A stretch of DNA of 64,000 nucleotides from Vicinamibacteraceae bacterium (GTDB lineage: Bacteria; Acidobacteriota; Thermoanaerobaculia; Multivoradales; Multivoraceae), in assembly GCA_012270995.1 (NCBI GenBank), contig JAAXHG010000151.1, positions 279 to 64,278 of the forward strand, read 5' to 3'. The notes under the pieces were generated by a model. The model saw nothing but the letters and a program-made list of their open reading frames with translations. It did not search any database and had not been told where the DNA came from. Position 1 is the first letter of the stretch. Each line of letters opens with the position of its first letter. Shown here piece by piece: positions 8,230 to 16,856 of the stretch. Both the position numbers and the translations under genes were made by a program.

Positions 8230-9681
8230 ATGTCCGTCAGCACCCTGGTCAAGTCGATTCAGAACATCATGCGCCAGGACGCGGGCGTCGACGGCGACGC
8301 CCAGCGCATCAGCCAACTGTGCTGGATGTTCTTCCTCAAGATCATCGACGACCAGGACCAGGAACTCGAACTCTTCGACGACGGCTACCGCTCGCCCGTG
8401 CCCGCGGACCTGCGATGGCGGAGCTGGGCGGCCGACCCGGAAGGCATCACCGGCGAGGAACTGCTCGCCTTCGTCAACGGCGATCTCTTTCCCCGGCTCA
8501 AGGACCTCTCGCCCAGGACCGGCCCTCGCGCGAGCGTCGTGCGCGAAGTGTTCGAGGACGCGTACAACTACATGAAGTCGGGTCAGTTGATGCGGCAGGT
8601 GGTCAACAGGATCGACGGCATCGACTTCAACAACCTGGCCGCCCGCCAGCACTTCGGCGACATCTACGAGCAGATCCTGAACGACCTGCAATCGGCCGGC
8701 AACGCGGGCGAGTACTACACGCCGCGGGCCGTGACCACCTTCATGGCCCGGATGATCGACCCGAAGCCGGGCGAGATCCTGTTCGACCCGGCTTGCGGCA
8801 CGGGCGGGTTCCTCACCTGCGCCGTCCGGCACATGCGCGAGCGGTACGTGAAGCGGCCCGAGGACGAGACGGGCATGCAGGCGTCCCTCCGGGCCGTCGA
8901 GAAGAAGCCGCTTCCCCACATGCTCGCCACGACGAACATGCTGCTGCACGGCATCGAGGACCCGTCCTTCCTGCGCCACGACAACACCCTGGCGCGGCCC
9001 TACGTCTCCTGGGGCAAGGACGAGCGCGTGGACATCGTGCTGACCAATCCGCCGTTCGGCGGCAAGGAGGAGGACGGCATCGAGTCGAACTTCCCGCGGC
9101 ACTTCCGGACGCGGGAGACGGCGGATCTGTTCCTGGCCCTGATCGTCCGGCTGCTCAAGCCTGGAGGCAGGGCCGCCGTCGTCCTGCCGGACGGCTCCCT
9201 GTTCGGCGAAGGGGTCAAGACGCGGCTCAAGGAGCACCTGATGAAGGAGTGCAACCTGCACACCGTCGTGCGCCTGCCGAGCTCCGTGTTCCGTCCGTAC
9301 GCCTCGATCGGGACGAACCTGCTGTTCTTCGAGAAGGGCGAACCCACCGGGGACGTCTGGTTCTGGGAGCATCTCGTGCCCGAAGGCCAGAAGGCGTACT
9401 CCATGACACGGCCCATCCGGGTGGAGCATCTCGACGACTGCGCCGCCTGGTGGGGCGGGGCTGAGCGCGCGGGCCGGGAGGAGGGCGGCCGAGCCTGGAA
9501 GATGAGCGCCGAGGAGATCAGGGCGCGCGGCTACAACCTGGACATCCGGAACCCGCGCGCCGAGGAGGAGGACCTTGGCGATCCCGAGGCGCTTCTCGAG
9601 GAACTGACGAGCGCCGAGGCCGAGGTGGCGGCGGCGCGAGACGAGTTGAAGCGAGTCCTGACCGAGGCGCTCCTGCGGTGA
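8230..9681 (+). CDS. hsdM: Type I RM N6-adenine methyltransferase subunit
   Basis: GEYYTPR, DPACGTGGFL, TNPPFG. Confidence 0.95.
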   Translation: MSVSTLVKSIQNIMRQDAGVDGDAQRISQLCWMFFLKIIDDQDQELELFDDGYRSPVPADLRWRSWAADPEGITGEELLAFVNGDLFPRLKDLSPRTGPRASVVREVFEDAYNYMKSGQLMRQVVNRIDGIDFNNLAARQHFGDIYEQILNDLQSAGNAGEYYTPRAVTTFMARMIDPKPGEILFDPACGTGGFLTCAVRHMRERYVKRPEDETGMQASLRAVEKKPLPHMLATTNMLLHGIEDPSFLRHDNTLARPYVSWGKDERVDIVLTNPPFGGKEEDGIESNFPRHFRTRETADLFLALIVRLLKPGGRAAVVLPDGSLFGEGVKTRLKEHLMKECNLHTVVRLPSSVFRPYASIGTNLLFFEKGEPTGDVWFWEHLVPEGQKAYSMTRPIRVEHLDDCAAWWGGAERAGREEGGRAWKMSAEEIRARGYNLDIRNPRAEEEDLGDPEALLEELTSAEAEVAAARDELKRVLTEALLR

Positions 9682-11438
9682 ACGCCGACCGTTTGCTCGC
9701 GCTCTACGACCGCGTGGCGGAGGCGCCGGACGCCGTTGGCCGCCTGCGGCGATTCGTGCTGGACCTCGCCGTGCGGGGAAAGTTGGTGGAGCAGGATCCG
9801 GCGGATGAGCCGGCGTCGGAGTTGCTGAAGAGGATCGAGGCCGAGAAGGCGCGGTCGGTGAAGGCTGGGAACCTGAGAAGGCGGAAGCTGCCTTCTCGTT
9901 TCGGTGAGCCACCCTTCGCCCTTCCCGCGAATTGGCGTTGGTCTCGAATCGGCGACGTCGCAGGTGATCGAGGTCAGGGAATCCCCGACCGACCGTTTAC
10001 CTACATCGATGTGTCGGCCATCGACAAGAAGGCAGGTGTGGTCGCCGATCCGAGGGTGTTGGAGCCTGACAAGGCACCCAGCCGAGCTCGCAAGGTCGCA
10101 CGGTCCGGTGACGTTGTCTACTCCTGCGTTCGCCCGTACCTCTTGAATGTTGCCATCATCGAAGGTGATTACGACCCTCCCCCGATCGCCAGCACGGCAT
10201 TCGAGGTCTTGAACGGATACGGGCTCGTGCTGCCTCGGTACACGTGGATCGTCCTCCGCAGTTCGTTCATGATTGCGTGTGTTGAGCGAAGTCAGCGCGG
10301 CCAAGCGTACCCCGCGATCAACAGCACGGACTTCGCCGTTCTTCCTTTCCCACTCCCGCCCCTCGCCGAGCAGCACCGCATCGTCGCCAAGGTCGATGAA
10401 CTCATGGCCCTGTGCGACCGTCTGGACGAGGTCCGGGTCGCCCGCGAGGCTGGTCGGGATCGGTTGACCAGGGCCAGTCTGAGCCGCCTGAGCGCCCCCG
10501 AGCCCCCCGAAACGACCCGTTGCACGACCCGGGACGGCGGAAGCGTCGCCGCCGACCGCCCGGTCGCGGCGCGTCCGTTTCGTTCCCAGGCCCGGTTTGC
10601 CGTCGATGCCCTGCCCGCGCTCACCGCGCGCGCGGACCAGGTCGAGCATCTGCGCCAGACGATCCTCAACCTGGCCGTGCGTGGCAAGCTGGTGAGGCAG
10701 GACCCGGCGGACGAGTCGGCTTCGGAGTTGTTGAAGCGAATGACGGAGTCACTCCCGACACCGCGAAAGGTCCGGCAGCGGAAAACCGCTGCACGCCACG
10801 GCACTCCGGAGCGTCCCTTCGAGGTTCCTTGCTCTTGGAAATGGGCGGCGATCAACGTGGTCACTCAGGTGAACATGGGGCAGTCTCCCCGGTCCGAGCA
10901 CTACAACCGGACAGGTGCCGGCATGCCCTTTTTCCAGGGGAAGGCGGACTTCGGAGTGCGCCATCCTACTCCGCGCTTCTGGTGTACCAAGCCAACCAAG
11001 ATCGCCGAGCCCGGAGACATTCTGCTCTCGGTTCGCGCGCCCGTGGGGCCAACGAACGTGGCCGCTCAGAGATGCTGTATCGGACGGGGCTTGGCAGCAC
11101 TGCGTCCGCTTCCAGGACTCTCCTCCGACTTCCTACTACTCACCCTGCGAGCCTTTCGTGCCGACTTGGCGGCGCAGGGCTTCGGGACTACATTCGAGGC
11201 AATCACCAAGAAACAGTTGCTGTCCTACGGGCTCCCTCTCGCGCCCCTCGCCGAGCAGCGCCGCATCGTCGCCAAGGTCGACGAACTCATGGCGCTCTGC
11301 GATCGCCTGGAGGCAGGACTTGGCACTGCGGAGGCCAACCGAGGTCGTCTGCTCGACTCCCTGCTCCGTGACTCACTGACCTCTCACGAGACCGCGAGCG
11401 CCCAAGATGCCCTTGGCGCTGCGAGAGCCGGGGCATGA
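9678..11438 (+). CDS. hsdS: Type I RM specificity subunit
   Basis: Two TRDs bounded by repeated LAVRGKLV.QDPADE.ASELL and PLAEQ.RIVAKVDELMALCDRL. Confidence 0.93.
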   Translation: MNADRLLALYDRVAEAPDAVGRLRRFVLDLAVRGKLVEQDPADEPASELLKRIEAEKARSVKAGNLRRRKLPSRFGEPPFALPANWRWSRIGDVAGDRGQGIPDRPFTYIDVSAIDKKAGVVADPRVLEPDKAPSRARKVARSGDVVYSCVRPYLLNVAIIEGDYDPPPIASTAFEVLNGYGLVLPRYTWIVLRSSFMIACVERSQRGQAYPAINSTDFAVLPFPLPPLAEQHRIVAKVDELMALCDRLDEVRVAREAGRDRLTRASLSRLSAPEPPETTRCTTRDGGSVAADRPVAARPFRSQARFAVDALPALTARADQVEHLRQTILNLAVRGKLVRQDPADESASELLKRMTESLPTPRKVRQRKTAARHGTPERPFEVPCSWKWAAINVVTQVNMGQSPRSEHYNRTGAGMPFFQGKADFGVRHPTPRFWCTKPTKIAEPGDILLSVRAPVGPTNVAAQRCCIGRGLAALRPLPGLSSDFLLLTLRAFRADLAAQGFGTTFEAITKKQLLSYGLPLAPLAEQRRIVAKVDELMALCDRLEAGLGTAEANRGRLLDSLLRDSLTSHETASAQDALGAARAGA

Positions 11439-12583
11439 CTCGCGTGCCGGTAACCCCGGAGATGCTGCGCTGGGCCTGTGAGCGCTCCGGGCGCGGCATG
11501 GCGGACCTTGCGGCCCGCGTTCCTCAGCTTCCGGCCTGGGTACGAGGCGAGAAAAAGCCGACGCTCAAGCAGCTGGAGAAACTCGCCGCGGCTACGCGGA
11601 CGCCGTTCGGCTACCTGTTCCTGCGCGAACCGCCGGAGGAGCGCCTTCCGGTTCCCGACTTTCGCACCGTGTGGGGCGCCTCGCGGACGAGACCGAGTCC
11701 CGACCTGCTGGACACGCTCTACGCCATGCAGCGTCGCCAGGACTGGCTCCGGGAGTGCCTGCTCGAGAGCGACGTGGAACCGCTGCCGTTTGCGGGAAGC
11801 GCCCGTTTGACGGATGACCCGGCGTCCGTGGGTCACGAGATGCGGCGAGTACTCGGTCTCGATGACGGTTGGGCGGCGGGCGTAAGCACTTGGCGGGACG
11901 CCGTGAGGGAGCTTCGTCGGACCATCGAGCAGGCCGGCGTGATGGCCGTGATCAACGGAGTCGTCGGGAACAGCACAAGCCGGAAGCTGAGCGTGGAGGA
12001 GTTTCGAGGCTTTGCGCTCGCCGATGCCTACGCGCCGTTGATCTTTGTGAACGGCGCCGACGCCAAGTCGGCGCAGATGTTCACGCTCGCTCACGAGCTG
12101 GCTCACATCTGGCTTGGCACGGAGGGGGTCTCCGGCTTCGCGTCCCTGTTCCCCGGCGGTTCGGAGGTGGAGGACTGGTGCAACGCCGCCGCGGCTGAAC
12201 TTCTCGTCCCATCGGAAGAACTGGCGCCTCGTTGGCACGAGGTGAGGAGGGGGCCAAGGCCCTTCGAGACGCTCGCCCGGGCGTTCAAGGTGAGTCCGGT
12301 CGTTGCCGCCCGCCGGGCGCTGGACCTGGACCTTGTCGACGGCGACGTTTTTCGCAACTTCTACAGGCGGTATGTCAAACGCGATCGTGCGACTGGCGCC
12401 AGTTCCACTGGGGGCGACTTCTACAACAACCAGAACACCCGTGTGGGCGAGCTGTTCGCGTCCCACGTGCTCCGCGCGGCGATGGAGGGCCGCATTGGAT
12501 TCAAGGAAGCCTACGACCTGACTGGCTTGCGTGGCGGCACCTTCCAGAAGTACGCGAGGCGACTGGGCGTGAATCTCCCATGA
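11435..12583 (+). CDS. XRE-HTH + ImmA/IrrE (peptidase M78/DUF955) protein
   Basis: N-terminal HTH (WVRGEKKPTLKQLEKLA); FTLAHELAH HExxH; E..CN..AAELL. Confidence 0.9.
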   Translation: MTRVPVTPEMLRWACERSGRGMADLAARVPQLPAWVRGEKKPTLKQLEKLAAATRTPFGYLFLREPPEERLPVPDFRTVWGASRTRPSPDLLDTLYAMQRRQDWLRECLLESDVEPLPFAGSARLTDDPASVGHEMRRVLGLDDGWAAGVSTWRDAVRELRRTIEQAGVMAVINGVVGNSTSRKLSVEEFRGFALADAYAPLIFVNGADAKSAQMFTLAHELAHIWLGTEGVSGFASLFPGGSEVEDWCNAAAAELLVPSEELAPRWHEVRRGPRPFETLARAFKVSPVVAARRALDLDLVDGDVFRNFYRRYVKRDRATGASSTGGDFYNNQNTRVGELFASHVLRAAMEGRIGFKEAYDLTGLRGGTFQKYARRLGVNLP

Positions 12584-13103
12584 CCAAGGACACGACCTAC
12601 CTCGTGGACTCGGATGTGTTCATCACGGCGAAGAACCTGTACTACGCGTTCGGCTTGTGCCCCGGGTTCTGGAAGAGCGTTCTGCACCACCACCGCGGGG
12701 GGAGGATCTTCAGCGTCGACCGGGTTCGCGGTGAACTCCTCGTGGTACCGAGACGGAGGATCTCGTGCAGTGGGTCAAGGAAGAGGTTCCGCGGGAGTTC
12801 TTTCTTCCGGTGGATGCCGATGCTGTCGTGAGCGCCTACACGGAGATCATGATGTGGGTGCAGCGCCACGCGAGGTACTTCGACCACGCCAAGGCGAAGT
12901 TCGCCACGGGCGCGGACGGCTGGTTGGTTGCCTGCGCGCGGGTTCAGGGCGCGGCCGTGGTCACGAACGAGACGGAGGCGCCCGAGTCCCGGAGGGAGAT
13001 CAAACCTCCCGACGTGTGCGAGGAGTTCGGTGTGGAGCACCCCAACGTCTTCGAGATGCTCCGGGCGCTGGACGTCCGGTTCAACTGGACGGAGGCCCGT
13101 TGA
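12580..13103 (+). pseudogene. DUF4411 PIN-like nuclease, frameshifted near 12742
   Basis: YLVDSDVFITAKNLYYAF..CPGFW in one frame continues as EDLVQWVK...ADGWLVACA..VVTNE..IKPPDVC in another; ATGA overlap with upstream gene. Confidence 0.82.
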
Positions 13104-13116
13104 GTCACCTTGGCAC

Positions 13117-13659
13117 ATGATCGACTTCCGCCTGGACAACAACTGCCTCGTCAATCTCGATCCAGGCGCCTCCGACAAAGCGAGGAACCACGACAGCGCG
13201 GCTGCTCTTCGAGAATTGGTCAAACAGGCACCGGAGCACGTCTGGTTCTCCTGGGAGAGCTCCTCCGAACGAGGTCCCGGCGGCGCAGAGCCCGAGAGGT
13301 TCCCGGCACGATTCCGTGAACGCCTTCAGAGGATAGGCATCGCAGAAAGCCAAGGCGTGTTGTCCGCGTCGGTCGTTGGACACATGCGGTTGGACTACTC
13401 TCGCCTGCCAATGGAGAACGAAAGCGTCCTGTCGAGATCGATGGCGCAAGTGCTGCTTGGCCATGCGCTGGTAGACGAGAGGAAGAGAAGCCGGCGGTGT
13501 GACGTATGGGAGTCAGGCCATGAGCCTTGTCCAGATTCGCGCAGAGCCGAGCGGCTGGAAGTGCGAACGCGGCTGCGTGGGAGAGCGGTTCGGAGAGCCT
13601 ATGGCGCAGCTTCTGGTCTGGTTGTCGTCGGAGTGGCGGCTCACGCCGAAGGAGTGTGA
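13117..13659 (+). CDS. Hypothetical protein, possibly degenerate PIN-like
   Basis: MIDFRLDNNCLVNL N-terminus resembles a PIN beta1-Asp motif; C-terminal half looks degraded. Confidence 0.4.
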   Translation: MIDFRLDNNCLVNLDPGASDKARNHDSAAALRELVKQAPEHVWFSWESSSERGPGGAEPERFPARFRERLQRIGIAESQGVLSASVVGHMRLDYSRLPMENESVLSRSMAQVLLGHALVDERKRSRRCDVWESGHEPCPDSRRAERLEVRTRLRGRAVRRAYGAASGLVVVGVAAHAEGV

Positions 13660-13722
13660 GGCCGCCTTGGGAGTACCGAGAACCCGGCACCAGGAAGCGT
13701 GGTGTGGAGGAGAGTCGAGAAG

Positions 13723-15519
13723 ATGAGGCACCTGCACTACCTGACGATCGAGAACTTCAAGGGGTTCGGCGACGCCGTTCGCATCGAGCTCGACCACCCC
13801 GCGGTGCTTGTCGGTCCGAACAACTGCGGCAAGACGACGGCGCTTCAGGCGATCGCGCTGTGGTCCCAGGCGGTCCGGACGTGGTTCGATCGCAAGGGGC
13901 GGGCGCCTCCGAAGGAACGTACGGCGACGGGGCTGAGCCGCCTGGCCGTCGTTGCGGTTCCCGTTCGGAGCATGCGCGACTATTGGCACAACATGATCGT
14001 CAGGACGGGACGCGCGAACGTACCGCTCGACATCACGCTCGGGGTTTCCCGGAGCAATCGGGTTGAACCGGTCACCATGCGGTTCCGTTCGTTCGGGGAC
14101 GAAACGGTGTACTGCACGCCGACCGATAAGACCCTGGAAGTCCCCGAGTTCATCGAGGCGGCGGCCAGTCTGAATGTCCGACTGCTGTACCCGATGTCCG
14201 GCATCGAAACCGAGGAGCCGGTGGTTCAACCCGGCCGAATCGACGTGCTGCTCGGTCAGGGCCAGACGGCGCAGGTGCTGCGGAACCTGTGTCTCATGGC
14301 GTTTCGAGCGGACCACGCCGCGTGGGCGCGGATACAGGAACTGGTGAAACGTCTGTTTGCGGTGGACCTCGAGAAACCCGTCGAAACCGCGCGAGGGGCA
14401 ATAGACCTCTTCTACCGGCAGCATGGCGTGCGGAGGCCGGTCGACATCGCGCTTGCTGGTCGAGGGCTTCAGCAGATGCTCCTCATCCTTGCGTACCTGC
14501 ATTCGCACCCTCGAAGCGTCCTCCTGATCGACGAACCGGATGCGCATCTGGAGATTCTCCGCCAAAGGCAGGCCTACGTGCTGCTCCGCGACGAGGCCGC
14601 GCGAAGCGAGTCCCAGGTCGTGCTCGTCACGCACTCCGAGGTCATCCTGGGAGAAGCGCTGGAGCGAAATCTGACACTCCTTCACGGCGGGACGGCCGAC
14701 GAGCTGGCGTCCAGGAGCGCCATCGTGTCCGCGCTGCGGCACTACGGGGCCGAGCACTACATCCGCGCCCGCCAGAGCGGTTACGTGCTCTATGTCGAAG
14801 GCGGCAGCGACTTCGCCGTGTTGCGGGCGCTGGCGACGAGACTGGGCCATCCTGCCGCCGGCGTGTGGGACGAGAACGCGAACGTCTACTACGTTCGGGA
14901 CAACTATCCCGCGACCGACGAGGCATCCGAACTCGAACGAGTCGAGGAGGGCTTCGGTCTGAGTCCCGACCGGCACTTCTTCTCCCTTCGGCCGATGCTG
15001 CCGAATCTGAAGGGGCTGGCGATTCGCGACCGAGACGGGGTCCCGCGCGAGGACTCGACCGAGGGAGGTCTGACTACGTCGTACTGGCATCGCTACGAGA
15101 TCGAGAACTACATCGTGAGCCCCGAGGTCCTGCGCGCGTATACGGCCCACGCATACCGGGACCTGCCGCTCTTCGACGAGTTTCGCCGCGAGACCGAAGA
15201 AGTGCTCGATGAACTGGTTCTCGAAGCGGTCTTTGGCGGGAGGGAGCGCGACTTTCGCACCTGGAAGAGGCTGGAACCCGAACCGGCGCGCCTGTTGTGG
15301 GAAGCCCGGACCACGGGACTCAAGCTCAGCGACTTCGCCGAGGAGTTCTTTCGGCGGCTGGCGGAGAGGCTCGGTCACGCGATGCTGCTCAGGAAGCGGG
15401 ACCTTCATCAACTCGTCAGTTTCGTGGCGCCGGAGGTCATTGCGGATGAAGTGTCCGAGAAGCTGGGGCTGCTCGCCGATTTGTTCGAGAATGCGAACGC
15501 GAGCGACGATCACGGGTGA
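13723..15519 (+). CDS. ABC/AAA ATPase fused to TOPRIM-like domain (OLD-family/PARIS-fusion-like nuclease)
   Basis: IENFKGF, Walker A GPNNCGKT, signature GRGLQQ, LLIDEPDAHL, THS; YVEGGSD, DRD, YEIENY. Confidence 0.85.
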   Translation: MRHLHYLTIENFKGFGDAVRIELDHPAVLVGPNNCGKTTALQAIALWSQAVRTWFDRKGRAPPKERTATGLSRLAVVAVPVRSMRDYWHNMIVRTGRANVPLDITLGVSRSNRVEPVTMRFRSFGDETVYCTPTDKTLEVPEFIEAAASLNVRLLYPMSGIETEEPVVQPGRIDVLLGQGQTAQVLRNLCLMAFRADHAAWARIQELVKRLFAVDLEKPVETARGAIDLFYRQHGVRRPVDIALAGRGLQQMLLILAYLHSHPRSVLLIDEPDAHLEILRQRQAYVLLRDEAARSESQVVLVTHSEVILGEALERNLTLLHGGTADELASRSAIVSALRHYGAEHYIRARQSGYVLYVEGGSDFAVLRALATRLGHPAAGVWDENANVYYVRDNYPATDEASELERVEEGFGLSPDRHFFSLRPMLPNLKGLAIRDRDGVPREDSTEGGLTTSYWHRYEIENYIVSPEVLRAYTAHAYRDLPLFDEFRRETEEVLDELVLEAVFGGRERDFRTWKRLEPEPARLLWEARTTGLKLSDFAEEFFRRLAERLGHAMLLRKRDLHQLVSFVAPEVIADEVSEKLGLLADLFENANASDDHG

Positions 15520-15526
15520 CGCCGGG

Positions 15527-15560
15527 CGCCTGGAGGTGTCGCGGTGGATCGGGTGACGTT
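15527..15560 (+). pseudogene. Probable remnant of an NYN gene start (RBS + first codons)
   Basis: gcctggagg...GTG GAT CGG GTG vs gcctggagg..GTG GAC TAC GTG at 4297-4321. Confidence 0.4.
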
Positions 15561-15722
15561 GATCACCGCGAAACCGGCCGACAGTCAGCCGGGTCATCCA
15601 GCGGGCTGGAAATGCGACGGTTAGCGTTAGCGTTAGCCGCGTACCGGTGGGAAGCTGGATTTTGACCCCACTGCCCGCCGGCGCCGACCGGGACGGCGGC
15701 CATGGCCGCCTATAATGCGGCG

Positions 15723-16220
15723 ATGGACGCCGTGTACGACCGCCTGCTTGCGGAGGTCACGGCCGCCTGCCGCCGGTGCTACGGCGAGCGCCTGCTTTCT
15801 CTCGCGGTCTTCGGGTCCGTCGGGCGGGGCACGCCGCGCTCCGACTCGGACATCGACCTGTTGCTCGTCGCGGCCGACCTGCCGGACGGGCCGGTGGCGC
15901 GCAACGAGGAGTTCAGGGCCGTCAGGAAGGCCATGGCCCCAAGTCTGAAGGCGGTCGGAGCGGAAGGGCTGCACCCGGAACTGTCGCCGATCATAAAGAC
16001 CCGCGCCGAACTCGACCGGGGCACGCCGCTTCTGCTCGACATGACGGAGGACGCCCGCATCCTGCACGACCCGCGGGGCATTCTCGCCGCCGCCCTCGAC
16101 CGGCTTCGGAGGCGGCTCCGTGAGTTGGGCTCGCGACGCATCTGGCGGGGCCGCCGCTGGTACTGGGACCTCAAGCCGGATTACCGGCCCGGCGAGATCT
16201 TCGAGCTCTTCGGGCGGTGA
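15723..16220 (+). CDS. Minimal nucleotidyltransferase (MNT) antitoxin
   Basis: FGSVGRG..SDIDLL motif; GTGA overlap with HEPN gene. Confidence 0.88.
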   Translation: MDAVYDRLLAEVTAACRRCYGERLLSLAVFGSVGRGTPRSDSDIDLLLVAADLPDGPVARNEEFRAVRKAMAPSLKAVGAEGLHPELSPIIKTRAELDRGTPLLLDMTEDARILHDPRGILAAALDRLRRRLRELGSRRIWRGRRWYWDLKPDYRPGEIFELFGR

Positions 16221-16651
16221 CGAACGGCGCCCTGGCCGCCAGCTATCTGGCGAAGGCGACTCTGCGCCTCGAAATCCTGCCGATGCTCTTCGATCGGGCC
16301 GGCTACTCCGACGTGGTCCGCGAGGCGCAGGAGATCGTGGAACTGGCGCTCAAGGGAATGCTGCGTCAGGCGGGCATCGAGGCCCCGCACTGGCACGACG
16401 TAGGCGGCGTGCTGCGCGAGCACGCGAGTCGGTTCCCCACGGCGGCGGACGCCACGATCGACGACCTCGCGGAACTCTCCGCGTGGCTGCGCGAGAACCG
16501 GGAACTCTCGTTCTATGGAGACGACGACTTCATCCCGACTGAACGCTACACCCGCGAGGACGCTCAACGCGCGATCGACGGCGCCCGATCGGCGGTGTCC
16601 GTTGCCGGGACGGTGATCGGAAACGACGCGAAGCGGCACGGAAACCGCTGA
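16217..16651 (+). CDS. HEPN-domain toxin (MNT-HEPN TA)
   Basis: AQEIVELALKG, HD, R..SFYG HEPN pattern; coupled to MNT. Confidence 0.85.
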   Translation: MTNGALAASYLAKATLRLEILPMLFDRAGYSDVVREAQEIVELALKGMLRQAGIEAPHWHDVGGVLREHASRFPTAADATIDDLAELSAWLRENRELSFYGDDDFIPTERYTREDAQRAIDGARSAVSVAGTVIGNDAKRHGNR

Positions 16652-16656
16652 GACGG

Positions 16657-16761
16657 ATGGACAAGCGAGCGCTCTCGGAGCGCGAAGCCCGGACGATGTT
16701 CATCACGCCCGCCCCGCGCGGGATGCGGCAGGCGCTGGACTGCGCCGAGATTCTGAACGTA
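16657..16761 (+). pseudogene. Collapsed hsdR remnant
   Basis: MDKRALSEREARTMFITPA~MNKRDLTETDIRTKFITPA joined in frame to MRQALDCAEILNV~MQQALDYAETLNI. Confidence 0.8.
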
Positions 16762-16856
16762 CGGCCGCGCGTCGGCGTGCTGCCGCCGGTATCGACTTCA
16801 CGAGTACCGGCCCCTGAACATGTCTTTTTCAAAGTTCGGGTTACAATCCGTCATGG

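Noticed and set aside
6253-9912. 1219-aa antisense ORF and the many other long overlapping ORFs (e.g. 36067-38883, 43174-45678, 57926-60547)
   Set aside because: Shadow ORFs of high-GC codon bias opposite well-supported genes
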